Source of the DNA: Planctomyces sp.
GTDB taxonomy: Bacteria; Planctomycetota; Planctomycetia; Planctomycetales; Planctomycetaceae
Assembly (NCBI GenBank): GCA_005809115.1
Contig: SYLK01000433.1
Location: 1-37,036 of the forward strand
Reading direction: 5' to 3'
Length of the DNA: 37,036 bases
Shown one piece after another: positions 9,235 to 19,104 of this stretch (position 1 is its first letter; each line of letters begins with the position of its first letter). Made by a program: the position numbers and the translations under genes. The notes beneath the pieces were generated by a model. That model did no database searches and was not told the DNA's origin. It saw only the letters and a list, made by a program, of their open reading frames with translations.

Positions 9235-10616
9235 GATACTCCGGAGCGGCGGAATCCCGCAGAGCGAGCACGAGGCAGAACATCAATGGGCGCTCGAAGC
9301 TGCCCGAACAGCATCTGATGTGACAGCCCGTAAGCCACCGAGACGAACAGGCCTGCCTTCACAAGATGATTGAGAACCACAGCCAGCTCGGTCTCCGACT
9401 TGATGGCCTGTGAAAAAATCACGGGCAGCCACAGCAGAAACAACACATGCCCGCGTCCCCGAGTTGCCAGAAGATAATAGGCCCCGGAAAAGACCGCGCC
9501 GTATCCCATCATCGCCGCGATTCCGCCATCGACTCCAAAGTTCGCATAGGCCTCACCAATTGTGCCGATTCCCATGGAAGTCTTTTCGCTGATTTCGAGT
9601 CCCGTGAATCGCCGAAATTTTTCACGACCTCCGGCCGTCGTCTTGTTCGGAAACAGAAAACGGGGAACAAGGGAATCAATCGCCGCCGCCCGAAACGTCT
9701 CACCGTTGGCAAACGGCTCTTCGGCCGGCACGTGCAGCATGACACTCGTCACAATCCAGCCCTGATTCAGGCGAACTCGCATGACCTCAGCGACTCCGTC
9801 AAAGGTGAGCGTCACGCTTTGCGCCGCGTGCTGTAATGCCACCAGAATCCCCGATCCCGACCCTGACTCCTGCTCCAGCTTCAGACGATACTCCGCCTTG
9901 AATGACTGCAGCACAACGAGGGCACAGAAACCACCTGTGAGCAGCATCGTATTCAGAATCAGGCTGCGGCGTTTCAGCTCGCGTGCAAGCACCAGGCTCA
10001 CCAGGATCGCTCCCCAGATGATCAACTGGTGAAACATCCCCTGTGCGAGGGCGAAAAAGATGCTGACACCCAGAACTCCGGTCAGCATCCAGCGCCTCTG
10101 ATGATGGCGGCAGAAGTAGCAGTACAGCGCGCCCACAAACTTCAGCTCACCGCCCAGAAAGAAAGCGAACGACAGTGACGGCGGCGCGTAACGCCCAAGT
10201 ATCGTGAACACGACACCCGCCAGCATGATCATCACCCCCGCCTGGAAGACTCTTCGCCCGGCGGTAAAGGACATCACTTCGGTCAGCATCGGCAACTGAT
10301 GCCGGACCCACACGATCGGCAGCAGATAGGCCACGACAGCCGGAATCGCAAATCGGAAGTAGTCTTCCGAGGATACGACCATCCGGTACCGGTAAAACTC
10401 AGGCGGGCTGTAGTAAGAACACAGCGGCCCGATCAGCAGCTGCAGGCAATACACGATGGCCGTGACCTCCAGTATCGGAATATCACGACCAAGGGCCACG
10501 ATCAGCAGTCTTGCGCAACAGAACGCAATCAGCAGGATCGGGATTTCCACCGGGGCGAGACTGAAGCGCCCCATCAGCCCGGCAAAAAACAGCAGCAGCA
10601 GATCCACCCACTTCAT
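9231..10616 (-). CDS. Polytopic membrane protein, Wzy polymerase / WaaL ligase-like
   Basis: About 10-11 predicted TM helices surround a large loop (about aa 235-345). That loop contains LVPRFLFPNK and GTIGEAYANFGVDGG, motifs I associate with O-antigen polymerase-type proteins. Both ends have ATGA overlaps. The family call is tentative. Confidence 0.45.
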   Translation of the reverse strand: MKWVDLLLLFFAGLMGRFSLAPVEIPILLIAFCCARLLIVALGRDIPILEVTAIVYCLQLLIGPLCSYYSPPEFYRYRMVVSSEDYFRFAIPAVVAYLLPIVWVRHQLPMLTEVMSFTAGRRVFQAGVMIMLAGVVFTILGRYAPPSLSFAFFLGGELKFVGALYCYFCRHHQRRWMLTGVLGVSIFFALAQGMFHQLIIWGAILVSLVLARELKRRSLILNTMLLTGGFCALVVLQSFKAEYRLKLEQESGSGSGILVALQHAAQSVTLTFDGVAEVMRVRLNQGWIVTSVMLHVPAEEPFANGETFRAAAIDSLVPRFLFPNKTTAGGREKFRRFTGLEISEKTSMGIGTIGEAYANFGVDGGIAAMMGYGAVFSGAYYLLATRGRGHVLFLLWLPVIFSQAIKSETELAVVLNHLVKAGLFVSVAYGLSHQMLFGQLRAPIDVLPRARSAGFRRSGVS

Positions 10617-11878
10617 GTCGGCCGCCCGTCCGTAGTCGCCCGGAACACTGACGGTGATAACCGCACCGCGGACACAACCGCGTTAACGATCCCGTCAAAG
10701 GACCAGTCCTGAATGAAACGCTGACTCTGTACGCCCATTTCGTCGAGCAGAATGCGCCGCTCGGGGAGGCTCCGGAACACGTCCACGGCACCGTCTGACC
10801 CCAGCTCCGGACACCGAAACCCGGTGCGGCCTTCCACCAGCAGGTCACGCGCAGCACCCACTCGATCCGTTGCCATCACAGCACGACCGCAGGCCATGGC
10901 TTCGTTCAGACAAAGCCCCCATGTCTCATTAAACCGGGACGGCAGACAGACGATATCGCCCACCCGATACACAACTGGCATCCGCTGTTGATTCTGAAAA
11001 GGCAGGATGCGAATCCGCTCGTCTGTGCCGATGACGCGACGGAGTTCCGGCTCCAGAACACCATCGCCCACGAGCAGCAGTCGCAGGCTGGTGCGCTCGG
11101 ACGCTGCCATCTGAAAGACACGCACCAGTCCCAATGGGTCCTTCTTTCGTTCGAATTTGCCGGCGAACAGGATGACCACATCGTGATCGCCAAAACCCAT
11201 TTCCCGGCGGAGCAATTCGGCCTCTCTGTCAAACTGGTCATCCGTGCCGGCAAATCGCTGGTTGTCAATCGCATGCGGGGCCGTCACGAGCTGTGACTCG
11301 CCCAGGCCATTCTTCCGGAAATATTCCCGGTTACAACTTCCCACAGCAATGGCAAAATCAATGTGGCGATAGACGTATCGCAGCAGCATCGATCGGGCGA
11401 AAGAACGGATTCCCGGGCAATCATCCAGAAGTGTGGAGTCCCCTCGGAACAGCACCGGGATACGCCCGTGAAACCAGCGCATCACGCGAAAATGAGAAGC
11501 AAAGTTCCAGCCGCAGACCAGCACGGCATCGGGCTGCCAGGCCGAAATCCGGGAGATCAGCTCAGGAGAATCCATGTTCCAGAACGTCCGGCGCTCCACG
11601 GGACGAGCCGGGGGCAGGAGTTCCCACTCATACCCGTCCAGCAGCGGAATGTCCCACTGAATCGATTTTCCGAACCCGGGGTCCCTGACCAGCGTGTCGC
11701 CGGCATGCCACGTATAAAAGACATGGACGCAAACGTCATCCTGAGCACTCAGCAGCTTGAGCCACGGTGCATTATACTGCACCGGGTGTGTCATCACGAT
11801 CGCGATCCGCGCCACGATAAGGTTCCATGCTGACCGCTGCCAGCTGCGTTCTCCGGACAGTCTCCGATGACGAATCAT
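10613..11878 (-). CDS. Glycosyltransferase, GT-B fold (GT4-like)
   Basis: Motif CLPSRFNETWGLCLNEAMACGRAVMATDRVGAARDLLVEGRTGF, the E-x7-E type donor-binding region. Confidence 0.8.
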   Translation of the reverse strand: MIRHRRLSGERSWQRSAWNLIVARIAIVMTHPVQYNAPWLKLLSAQDDVCVHVFYTWHAGDTLVRDPGFGKSIQWDIPLLDGYEWELLPPARPVERRTFWNMDSPELISRISAWQPDAVLVCGWNFASHFRVMRWFHGRIPVLFRGDSTLLDDCPGIRSFARSMLLRYVYRHIDFAIAVGSCNREYFRKNGLGESQLVTAPHAIDNQRFAGTDDQFDREAELLRREMGFGDHDVVILFAGKFERKKDPLGLVRVFQMAASERTSLRLLLVGDGVLEPELRRVIGTDERIRILPFQNQQRMPVVYRVGDIVCLPSRFNETWGLCLNEAMACGRAVMATDRVGAARDLLVEGRTGFRCPELGSDGAVDVFRSLPERRILLDEMGVQSQRFIQDWSFDGIVNAVVSAVRLSPSVFRATTDGRPT

Positions 11879-11916
11879 CGTGAGTCCGCCACAGCATCAT
11901 TTGCGGAACGGCGCAA

Positions 11917-13221
11917 TCAGCGCTGCGGCTGGCTGAGTGCGGCTTCAAAGCACTCGACGATGCGGTCGGTCATCGTCGGCGCCAGACAGCTCGAAAACGC
12001 CTCCCAGTCCGTCGCCGGTGGAGTTTCGAACCGACGTCCTTCAAACCAGCGCTCATAAATCACTGCGGCGGTCTGCTGCGGATCATCCGCTGACGAGAAA
12101 GTGACACATGTCCCGGCTCGAACCCGGCGCATCACGTCATTCACCGAGCTGTCCTGATGAAACACCGTCAGCAGCGGACGGGCCGCCGTAATATACGGGT
12201 AGATTTTCGACGCCGTATACGAGGCATCACCAGAACCCGGAATCACCAGCGCATCGGCGTCCACAAGACAACGAAGCGCCTCGAAATACGGGACTCGACG
12301 GGGTGTCTCACGGACAAATCCCCCGATTCCCAGTTCGTCAGCGATTGGCCTGACCCAGTAACGTTCCGATCCGGGAGGAGCATAGTCCGTGCCAATAAAA
12401 TCCAGCTGGATCTTCTTCGCCGCCGTCGGCTGCAGCTCCAGGAACTTCCGGAACCCGACCAGGATGGACGTCAGTGAGTGCCGCATGTCGGGGCCGCAGC
12501 GGCCTACGTAGACCCAGTGTTTCAGGCCGTCGTCCTTTCGGTAACAGGAATTGGTGACCTGTGACGAAGATGCCACCTCCACGTCCTTCAGAGTGGCCGC
12601 AAACGGAATTGTGACGAATCGATCAGCGCTCAGAAACGGGTAGCGCCGGCCGAGTGTTTCAGAATACTGCCCGGATACGACCATGATCATCGCGGCGCGA
12701 CCCAGCACCCGAGGCTCAAACCGGGATGCAGCCCACTGATGCAGGAAGTGTTTGAACTGGCCGCCGGGAGGCCGCAGCTGGTTGTCACGATAATAATGGT
12801 TGACCCAGGGATCCTGCAGGTCAACCACATACGGCACCCCGAATTTTCGCAGCCACGCGGGCCCCAGCGGCAACAGGCCGAATTCCGTCGTCGAAAAGAA
12901 TACCAGATCGAATTTCTGCTCCCGCAGCAGTCGTTTCGCGACTGACGAAATCTGCCTGCCGCTTCGCATCGAAAGACTGCCGATGCCCAGCAGCCGAGTC
13001 CACTTCCGGGACCAGGCACTGACGCGATGCACAGTCACCTCAGCCGGTATCGTGGACGCCAGCAGCGGATCGCGCGGCGCAGCAACGAAATCGGCGTCAA
13101 CACAGATCACCGTGGGCCGCCAGCCGCGCGCTTCCAGAAACGGCAGGGCAAGCCGAACACGCTGCGCATCCGGAGCATTGCTCGGCGGGAATCGCGGTGA
13201 AATAATCAGAACGTTGCGCAT
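11917..13221 (-). CDS. Glycosyltransferase, GT-B fold
   Basis: From the internal Met, the protein starts MRNVLIISPRFPPSNAPDAQRVRLALPFLEARGWRPTVICVD, a typical GT-B N-terminus. The longer ORF start at 13344 would add an Arg-rich extension and overlap the upstream gene by 64 nt. Confidence 0.7.
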   Translation of the reverse strand: MRNVLIISPRFPPSNAPDAQRVRLALPFLEARGWRPTVICVDADFVAAPRDPLLASTIPAEVTVHRVSAWSRKWTRLLGIGSLSMRSGRQISSVAKRLLREQKFDLVFFSTTEFGLLPLGPAWLRKFGVPYVVDLQDPWVNHYYRDNQLRPPGGQFKHFLHQWAASRFEPRVLGRAAMIMVVSGQYSETLGRRYPFLSADRFVTIPFAATLKDVEVASSSQVTNSCYRKDDGLKHWVYVGRCGPDMRHSLTSILVGFRKFLELQPTAAKKIQLDFIGTDYAPPGSERYWVRPIADELGIGGFVRETPRRVPYFEALRCLVDADALVIPGSGDASYTASKIYPYITAARPLLTVFHQDSSVNDVMRRVRAGTCVTFSSADDPQQTAAVIYERWFEGRRFETPPATDWEAFSSCLAPTMTDRIVECFEAALSQPQR

Positions 13222-13280
13222 TCGGGACTGAGCCGCAGCGGACAGGACATCAGGGGCCTGGCAGGACTGCGTCCGGCTGT

Positions 13281-14519
13281 TCACGTGTCGCCGATGGCTT
13301 TCTCTACGGCTGCGAGCAGGCGATCTGCGTTTTCTTCCCAGCAAAACCGGGCAGTACCGGCTTCCCAGGCAGCCTGCTTCGCATGACGCAGCACGTCCCG
13401 ATCGTCAAGCAGCGAATCGATCGCGGCTGCCAGTGACTGTGCGTCACGCTGAGAGTAAACGCGAGTGGCGTCCGGAACCTGACGACAGATTTCCAGCTGC
13501 CCCAGCGTATCACTGGCCACCGCTGGAATCCCCGCCAGAAAATAGTGCAGGATCTTGTTTGTGACAGTCAGATTGCGGCTCCTGTTATGAGCCAGTTCGC
13601 CGGCAAACCCGACATCATACGACTGCATCAAAGGCAGCAGCTCTTCATGCGGCACCTGATCGTGAAAGAACAGGCCGCAGGAAGAGTGCAGATTTCGGTA
13701 CAGCGAATCCCGGATCCCTGATCGACTTCGGCCGGTCAGGTGGATCTCCACCGGATGGCGCAGATGATGCGTTGCGGCAACAAGCTGTTCCAGGCCGCGA
13801 TCCGGCCCGATCACCTGAGAGACCCACCCGATTCGGGCTGTCCCCGGACGGTCGGGTCGCTCGTGGGGCGGCGAGTCGCCAGCACGCCGTTCCGACAGGC
13901 GAAACGCGTTGTACAGCACGATCGGTCGAGGACATCCGTAACATTCCCTCAGAGCATCGCTGAGTACCTCAGATGTTGTCGACGCGAAAACCGCTCCCCG
14001 GAGGACAGTGGATTCGTTTGCACGCAGCAGCCTGACGGGACTATGAGCCAGATCCTCCGCACGCAGATCTTCGGAATACCAGTCTTCAATATCCACGCAC
14101 ACCCTGGCCCCGCGTTCAAGGAGCCGAGATCCCACCCACATCGCCTGCGGCAGATGCAGACTGTATAAGTCGGCCGGATGACTGACACAGGATTTCAGGA
14201 GTCCGACCGCGGCATACCCCAGCTGTCCCACGGACTCGCGGCCGGAAACCCGACACGCCGTGATGACAATCTTTCGCTTCAGTCTGGCCCATTGCCAGTC
14301 CAGCTTCCGCGTCGCGTCCGGTGACGCTGTATCAATAATCCGCCGTGTCCCGAACTGATGGGCCTGCTCCAGCTGCCGATTGCGCCCATCGTCTTCGGGT
14401 TTGAGCAGTGAACACAGAACTTCGACCGCGTACCCTGCCTCGGCAAGTGTCGCGGCCTCCTTGACAACACGCGGATTGTCGGAGAGCTGAATCCCGGAAA
14501 CGATGGTGATCTTCTTCAT
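13281..14519 (-). CDS. Glycosyltransferase, GT-B fold (GT4-like)
   Basis: N-terminus MKKITIVSGIQLSDNPRVVKEAATLAEAGYAVEV with a GT-B-like C-terminal half. An ATGA overlap (14516-14519) couples it to the methyltransferase gene. Confidence 0.75.
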   Translation of the reverse strand: MKKITIVSGIQLSDNPRVVKEAATLAEAGYAVEVLCSLLKPEDDGRNRQLEQAHQFGTRRIIDTASPDATRKLDWQWARLKRKIVITACRVSGRESVGQLGYAAVGLLKSCVSHPADLYSLHLPQAMWVGSRLLERGARVCVDIEDWYSEDLRAEDLAHSPVRLLRANESTVLRGAVFASTTSEVLSDALRECYGCPRPIVLYNAFRLSERRAGDSPPHERPDRPGTARIGWVSQVIGPDRGLEQLVAATHHLRHPVEIHLTGRSRSGIRDSLYRNLHSSCGLFFHDQVPHEELLPLMQSYDVGFAGELAHNRSRNLTVTNKILHYFLAGIPAVASDTLGQLEICRQVPDATRVYSQRDAQSLAAAIDSLLDDRDVLRHAKQAAWEAGTARFCWEENADRLLAAVEKAIGDT

Positions 14520-15361
14520 CGCGTCCAGGTCGCGATCAGATGGCCAACCCCGTTTTCCGGCACCGAAGTCACGCTGACGAACTCCATCAGTTCCACCTGA
14601 TACGCGTAGTGCGCAAGAAAACTGCAGCAGGCATCCAGGAGTGCGCGTGAATGAAATTCAATGCACAGGATCGGGTGGTGCTGTTCAATCAGAGTCTTCG
14701 CGCCTCGCAGAACTTCCGCCTCGGCACCTTCCACATCAATCTTGATCAGCTGCGGCGGTTCAATTTCGCCGCAGGCCACCAGCGAATCGAGTGACCTGAT
14801 CTGCACTCTGATGTGCTGCCCTGTGTTCTGCTCCTTCTGGAACGTGCCGATGTTCAGTTTCCCCATGCTCGATTCCGGCATGATCAGAAACTCCGCCGAC
14901 CCGTCAGACGCCCCGACCGCGCACTCGTGCAGCGTCAGATGCCGGTCCGGATTCAGGCTGATGACCTTGCGAATCTGCTCGGCGTTGACCGGGTTCGGCT
15001 CAAAGCAATGGACTGACGATGCGCCGGACACCGCCATGACTCCCGCCAGAAAACCACGATGCCCGCCAATATCAAGACACACCGCTCCGTTTCTGATCAG
15101 CGGTACCAGACGAGAAGTGAATTCACACTCCCACGTTCCGGTCCAGATCAGTTTGTCCTGAGGCAGTGAGACCGGATAGATCAGGCCGCATGCCGGTCCG
15201 GCACTGATGCGATGCACGAATTCCCGTCCACTCAGAAACCTTCTGAAGAACCAGCGCTGCAGACCGGAAAGAATCGGAATGCGGCGCAGGCGGTTTCTGA
15301 CCGTCCACGGCAGTAAGTCAACGCTCCGCTGTAATAGCTGTGACAGCAATCGGTGCTCCAC
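14516..15361 (-). CDS. FkbM family methyltransferase
   Basis: SAM-binding CLDIGGHRGFLAGVMA and the family-typical LIKIDVEGAEAEVLRGA. The start codon is GTG at 15361. Confidence 0.85.
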   Translation of the reverse strand: MEHRLLSQLLQRSVDLLPWTVRNRLRRIPILSGLQRWFFRRFLSGREFVHRISAGPACGLIYPVSLPQDKLIWTGTWECEFTSRLVPLIRNGAVCLDIGGHRGFLAGVMAVSGASSVHCFEPNPVNAEQIRKVISLNPDRHLTLHECAVGASDGSAEFLIMPESSMGKLNIGTFQKEQNTGQHIRVQIRSLDSLVACGEIEPPQLIKIDVEGAEAEVLRGAKTLIEQHHPILCIEFHSRALLDACCSFLAHYAYQVELMEFVSVTSVPENGVGHLIATWTR

Positions 15362-15554
15362 TCATGGTCGAATATCGGATGCGAGAAGACCAGTTCAACG
15401 CTGGTCGCTCGACCTTGTTGAACAGGATCTGTGCTGCGGCAAATGACGCAGCCAGGGCCACGAACAGCACGCCCCCAACGGGACCATTCTTCACTGATGG
15501 CTTCCTGAACGGCTGTTGTCGACGGAATACAGCGATGCAGCTCAGGAAACTGCA

Positions 15555-16607
15555 CTACCCGGGATCACCGGCATCCAGGCGGCGATACAGTTGTGCGTAC
15601 CGCGATGCCAGCATCTTTTCATCGAAGCGCGACCGATTCATGCGTCCCTGCGCAATCAGTGATTCACGGTAGTCAGCATCCTGAATCACACGCAGAACTC
15701 CGTCCCGGATGGATTCCACGCGGAACGGATCGACCAGGCAGGCACCATGGCCCGCAACCTCGGGCATTGAAGAACAGTTCGACGTAACGCAGACGCGTTC
15801 CACGCACTGGGCTTCCACGATCGGCATGCCAAAGCCTTCATGAGTCGAGACAAAACTGATGATATCCGCCTCACAGTAACGCTCCACAATCTGCTCATCC
15901 GTCAGGCGCCCGTAACTCGTGAACCGAATCGCGTTTTCAACCAGCGCGTTGTGCAGCGATTCGTCCACGGGGCCCACCAGATCCAGATGGCAGCCCAGCC
16001 CTCTGAGCGCCTGCACCAGCCGTACGACATTCTTGTTGGCCTTGGTGCCAACCTGCAGAATTCTCGGACACTCCGCGTTAAACACCTTCGGAGACGGCTG
16101 AAACAATGCAGAGACCGATACAGGAATCACATGGATTTTCTCGGCCGGAAATCGAATCTCGTTCAGGAGCTGCTGCTTTGTCTCCTGAGAAATCACCGTC
16201 ATTGCCGCGACACGGTGCGCGGGCAGCGTATACCACAGCCACTTCACTATGGCTCGCTTCCAGCCGGTCAGACGCTCGAGAATCTGACAGTCCAGAACGG
16301 TCAGCAAAGTGCGATCGCCCCTCAGCAGTATCGCGATATAGTGGATGTCGCCCGTAATATGATTCACGGCACCCTGGTTTCGCCAGGAACTCAGAATGTT
16401 CCGGACGCGACCCACGATCCCGGAACTGAAACAGGGCATCGTGCAGACCCGAATTTGCAGATCCCGCAGATGCAGATCCCCTTCGCTGCCATTGACAGCC
16501 GTCGGCTGCAGGCATCGGCGAATCCGATCGAAGTACCCTTCGATGCTGAACTGAGTTGGCCGCGGGCGGCGATGAAAATGGACCACCTCCACGATCTGCT
16601 TATCCAT
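15555..16607 (-). CDS. Glycosyltransferase, GT-B fold (GT4-like)
   Basis: Motif FVSTHEGFGMPIVEAQCVERVCVTSNCSSMPEVAG. Confidence 0.8.
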   Translation of the reverse strand: MDKQIVEVVHFHRRPRPTQFSIEGYFDRIRRCLQPTAVNGSEGDLHLRDLQIRVCTMPCFSSGIVGRVRNILSSWRNQGAVNHITGDIHYIAILLRGDRTLLTVLDCQILERLTGWKRAIVKWLWYTLPAHRVAAMTVISQETKQQLLNEIRFPAEKIHVIPVSVSALFQPSPKVFNAECPRILQVGTKANKNVVRLVQALRGLGCHLDLVGPVDESLHNALVENAIRFTSYGRLTDEQIVERYCEADIISFVSTHEGFGMPIVEAQCVERVCVTSNCSSMPEVAGHGACLVDPFRVESIRDGVLRVIQDADYRESLIAQGRMNRSRFDEKMLASRYAQLYRRLDAGDPG

Positions 16608-16724
16608 TGTTCCTGTCAGCAGCCTCCGTCACTGATTCTCCCGCGAATCACAAAGCCGTGAATCTCAATCTTCCGCCTGATCGAGGCTGACACGAATCGT
16701 GTGTCCATGGGCTTCGGGCCAGCA

Positions 16725-17882
16725 TCAGTTCGCGGAGGCCGAAAGCGACGCAGCATTCAGCAGGGCGAAGATGCGATCGATCTGGCGGTCATAGGAATTT
16801 TCCAGCGCGACTTCGATCCGCGCTTTCTGAAGTTCCACGGAATTCTTCTCGTCGAGCCGTGCGATCGTCTCGGCAAATATCTCCGGCAGGTCCGCATCCG
16901 TTTCACTGGCAGACATCATCAGCAGACCGGCCTGATCCTCGTACGCCTGAATCCGGCTCGAGACGACGACCTTTCCGGTGCTCAGGTACTCCAGAATCTT
17001 ATGCGAATTTGAACGATCTGATTCGGTCGGATCGGCAGCATAAGACAGCAGGAAGGCATCCATCGTGCGAAAACCTTCCGCCAGCTGGTGCTGTGACACG
17101 GCTCCGTGCAGGGTCACGTTCGACTGCTTTATGAGATACGCGATGAATTCCGACGCGGCCCCGGAGTTCGCCTCCGCGGGTCCCCAGAAGTGAAAGTCAA
17201 CCTGCGGGTTCTCGGCGACAATCTGCCGCAGCACGGCGCGATTCACCGGACGGCGGCCCAGATTCCCCGCGTAACCGACTCGGTGTCGGCTCCGACACAG
17301 ACCGCCGCGCTCCGCCATTGACGACGAATTCAGCCCGCTGAGGGTCTCCCGGCCCAGCTGCTCAAACGGCGCCGCCAGTCCATGATTGACCACATGGACT
17401 TCGCGCCCTGAAGCAGCCAGCTGCCCGGCAATCCGCGACGAAACCGTAAGCACCAGATCCGCCGTCCTGGCAGGCTGCAGATGACGGCGGTCACTCAGTG
17501 GATCCACCGGATGAAAAATCGATCGGTCTGCCCCGAGGCGCGACAAATCACCCAGCAGATTGAAATCGAAACACCAGACAAGATCGGGCGCACAGTGATA
17601 TCGCCTCAGCAGCCCTGTCACATGGCGCCGCAGCAGCCAGTCATGGATCCGTGGAACATGGAACCTCAGACGGTAAAACCACGGTCGACGATATGACAAC
17701 ACGCGCACACCGGGATGTCCCGGAACAACTTCACAGGCGGAATCCCCCAGAAGGCTGTCCTGCGGCGGGTTAAGAAATACAACGCGATGCCCCCGCCGTG
17801 CGAGCGCCATCGCATAGTTATGCTTTGAGACAGGGATGTGGTTCCACGGCTGAGGCGAGATGATCAGTATGGCCTGCTGCAC
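16725..17882 (-). CDS. Glycosyltransferase, GT-B fold (TuaH-like N-terminus)
   Basis: N-terminus MQQAILIISPQPWNHIPVSKHNYAMALARRGHRVVFLNPP. The C-terminal half contains SNSHKILEYLSTGKVVVSS. Confidence 0.65.
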   Translation of the reverse strand: MQQAILIISPQPWNHIPVSKHNYAMALARRGHRVVFLNPPQDSLLGDSACEVVPGHPGVRVLSYRRPWFYRLRFHVPRIHDWLLRRHVTGLLRRYHCAPDLVWCFDFNLLGDLSRLGADRSIFHPVDPLSDRRHLQPARTADLVLTVSSRIAGQLAASGREVHVVNHGLAAPFEQLGRETLSGLNSSSMAERGGLCRSRHRVGYAGNLGRRPVNRAVLRQIVAENPQVDFHFWGPAEANSGAASEFIAYLIKQSNVTLHGAVSQHQLAEGFRTMDAFLLSYAADPTESDRSNSHKILEYLSTGKVVVSSRIQAYEDQAGLLMMSASETDADLPEIFAETIARLDEKNSVELQKARIEVALENSYDRQIDRIFALLNAASLSASAN

Positions 17883-17980
17883 GGTAGCCTGTCCCGCTCC
17901 ACTCGCGAATCAGCAGTTCTGGCCGAATTCCACCGCAGCTCTCAACTGACCACCCGGCCCGTGTGCACGCGGGCACTCTG

Positions 17981-19087
17981 TCACGGAGCGCCAATGCCGG
18001 AAAAGAATGCCCTGATCGCAGTGACCACCGTCCCGATCTCGCTGTCGCTCAGCTCCGGATAGATTGGAAGTGACAGGATCTCATCAGCATGGCTGACTGC
18101 CACCGGAAAATCTGCAGCAGTATGCCCGAGGTAATCATACGCCTGATACAGCGGCAATGGCCTGGGATAATTGATCACCGTCGGAATGGAACGCGCTCCC
18201 AGCCAGTCGCGGAGCGAATCGCGGTGCTTCGTGCGGATGACGTACAGGTGATACACATGGCTGCCGCCACTTCTGACCGCCGGAGTGATGATGTCTCCGA
18301 CCCCCTGCAGCAGTCGGTCATAGACAGCCGCGCGGCTCTGTCGAGCGGCTGTCCATTGATCGAGGTGACGCAGTTTGACGCTGAGGATGGCCGCATGCAG
18401 CCCGTCAAGCCGGCTGTTAATGCCCTCCATCACGTGGTTTCCCTTACCACCATGCCGCGCATAAAGCGCGCTGAATTCAGCGATGTCATCACGGCTTGTC
18501 ACCAGAGCACCGGCGTCGCCCATCGCCCCCAGATTCTTCCCGGGATAGAAGCTGAACGTGGCTGCATCACCCATGGTGCCGACCGTCCGGCCTTTGTAGA
18601 CCGCCAGATGCGCCTGCGCACAGTCCTCAATGACCCACAGATTGTGACGTTTCGCAATCTCCAGAATCGGATCCATGTCGGCCGGCTGGCCGTACAAATG
18701 AACGGGAATGATTCCCCTGGTCCGGTTCGTGATCTTCGATTCGATCGCCACCGGATCGATATTGAAAAAATCGCTTTCGGTGTCACAGAAAACGACTCGT
18801 CCTCCGGCCTGAGTGATCGTCTCACTGGTGGCGATCCAGGAATTCGCCGTCGTGATCACCTCGTCTCCCGGTCGGAGTCCCAGGGCCTTCATGGCGACAT
18901 AGATCGCATCGGTGCCGTTGGCACACGAAACACAGTGTTTCGTACCGACCTTCTCAGCAAACTCCTGCTCAAACCTGTCGACGTAAGGGCCCCGCACGAA
19001 GGCCGATTCGGCAATGACCGCTGCCATCTCCTGATCAATTTCCGGCTTGATTGAGAGATACTGTGCGTAAAGATCAACGAATTGCAT
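17981..19087 (-). CDS. DegT/DnrJ/EryC1/StrS family sugar aminotransferase (WbpE/WlbC-like)
   Basis: N-terminus MQFVDLYAQYLSIKPEIDQEMAAVIAESAFVRGPYVDRFEQEFAEKVGTKHCVSCANGTDAIYVAMKALG, followed by the PLP region SFYPGKNLGAMGDAG. Confidence 0.9.
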   Translation of the reverse strand: MQFVDLYAQYLSIKPEIDQEMAAVIAESAFVRGPYVDRFEQEFAEKVGTKHCVSCANGTDAIYVAMKALGLRPGDEVITTANSWIATSETITQAGGRVVFCDTESDFFNIDPVAIESKITNRTRGIIPVHLYGQPADMDPILEIAKRHNLWVIEDCAQAHLAVYKGRTVGTMGDAATFSFYPGKNLGAMGDAGALVTSRDDIAEFSALYARHGGKGNHVMEGINSRLDGLHAAILSVKLRHLDQWTAARQSRAAVYDRLLQGVGDIITPAVRSGGSHVYHLYVIRTKHRDSLRDWLGARSIPTVINYPRPLPLYQAYDYLGHTAADFPVAVSHADEILSLPIYPELSDSEIGTVVTAIRAFFSGIGAP

Positions 19088-19104
19088 ATTGCAGAGGCCG
19101 AAGG

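Noticed and set aside
13222-13344. A 41-codon N-terminal extension of the glycosyltransferase ORF (MLGRKRRSPARSRRESHRRH...).
   Set aside because: The extension is highly basic with low complexity and overlaps the upstream gene by 64 nt. The family-typical N-terminus begins at the internal Met (13221).
15365-15540. A possible small membrane protein in the 194-nt gap upstream of the FkbM gene. The minus-strand frame reads VKNGPVGGVLFVALAASFAAAQILFNKVERP..., which contains one TM-like helix.
   Set aside because: It has only a GTG start, no RBS, is under 60 aa and runs into the methyltransferase start in another frame. A hydrophobic stretch alone in GC-rich sequence is weak evidence. It is worth a ribosome-profiling look but is not reportable as a gene.
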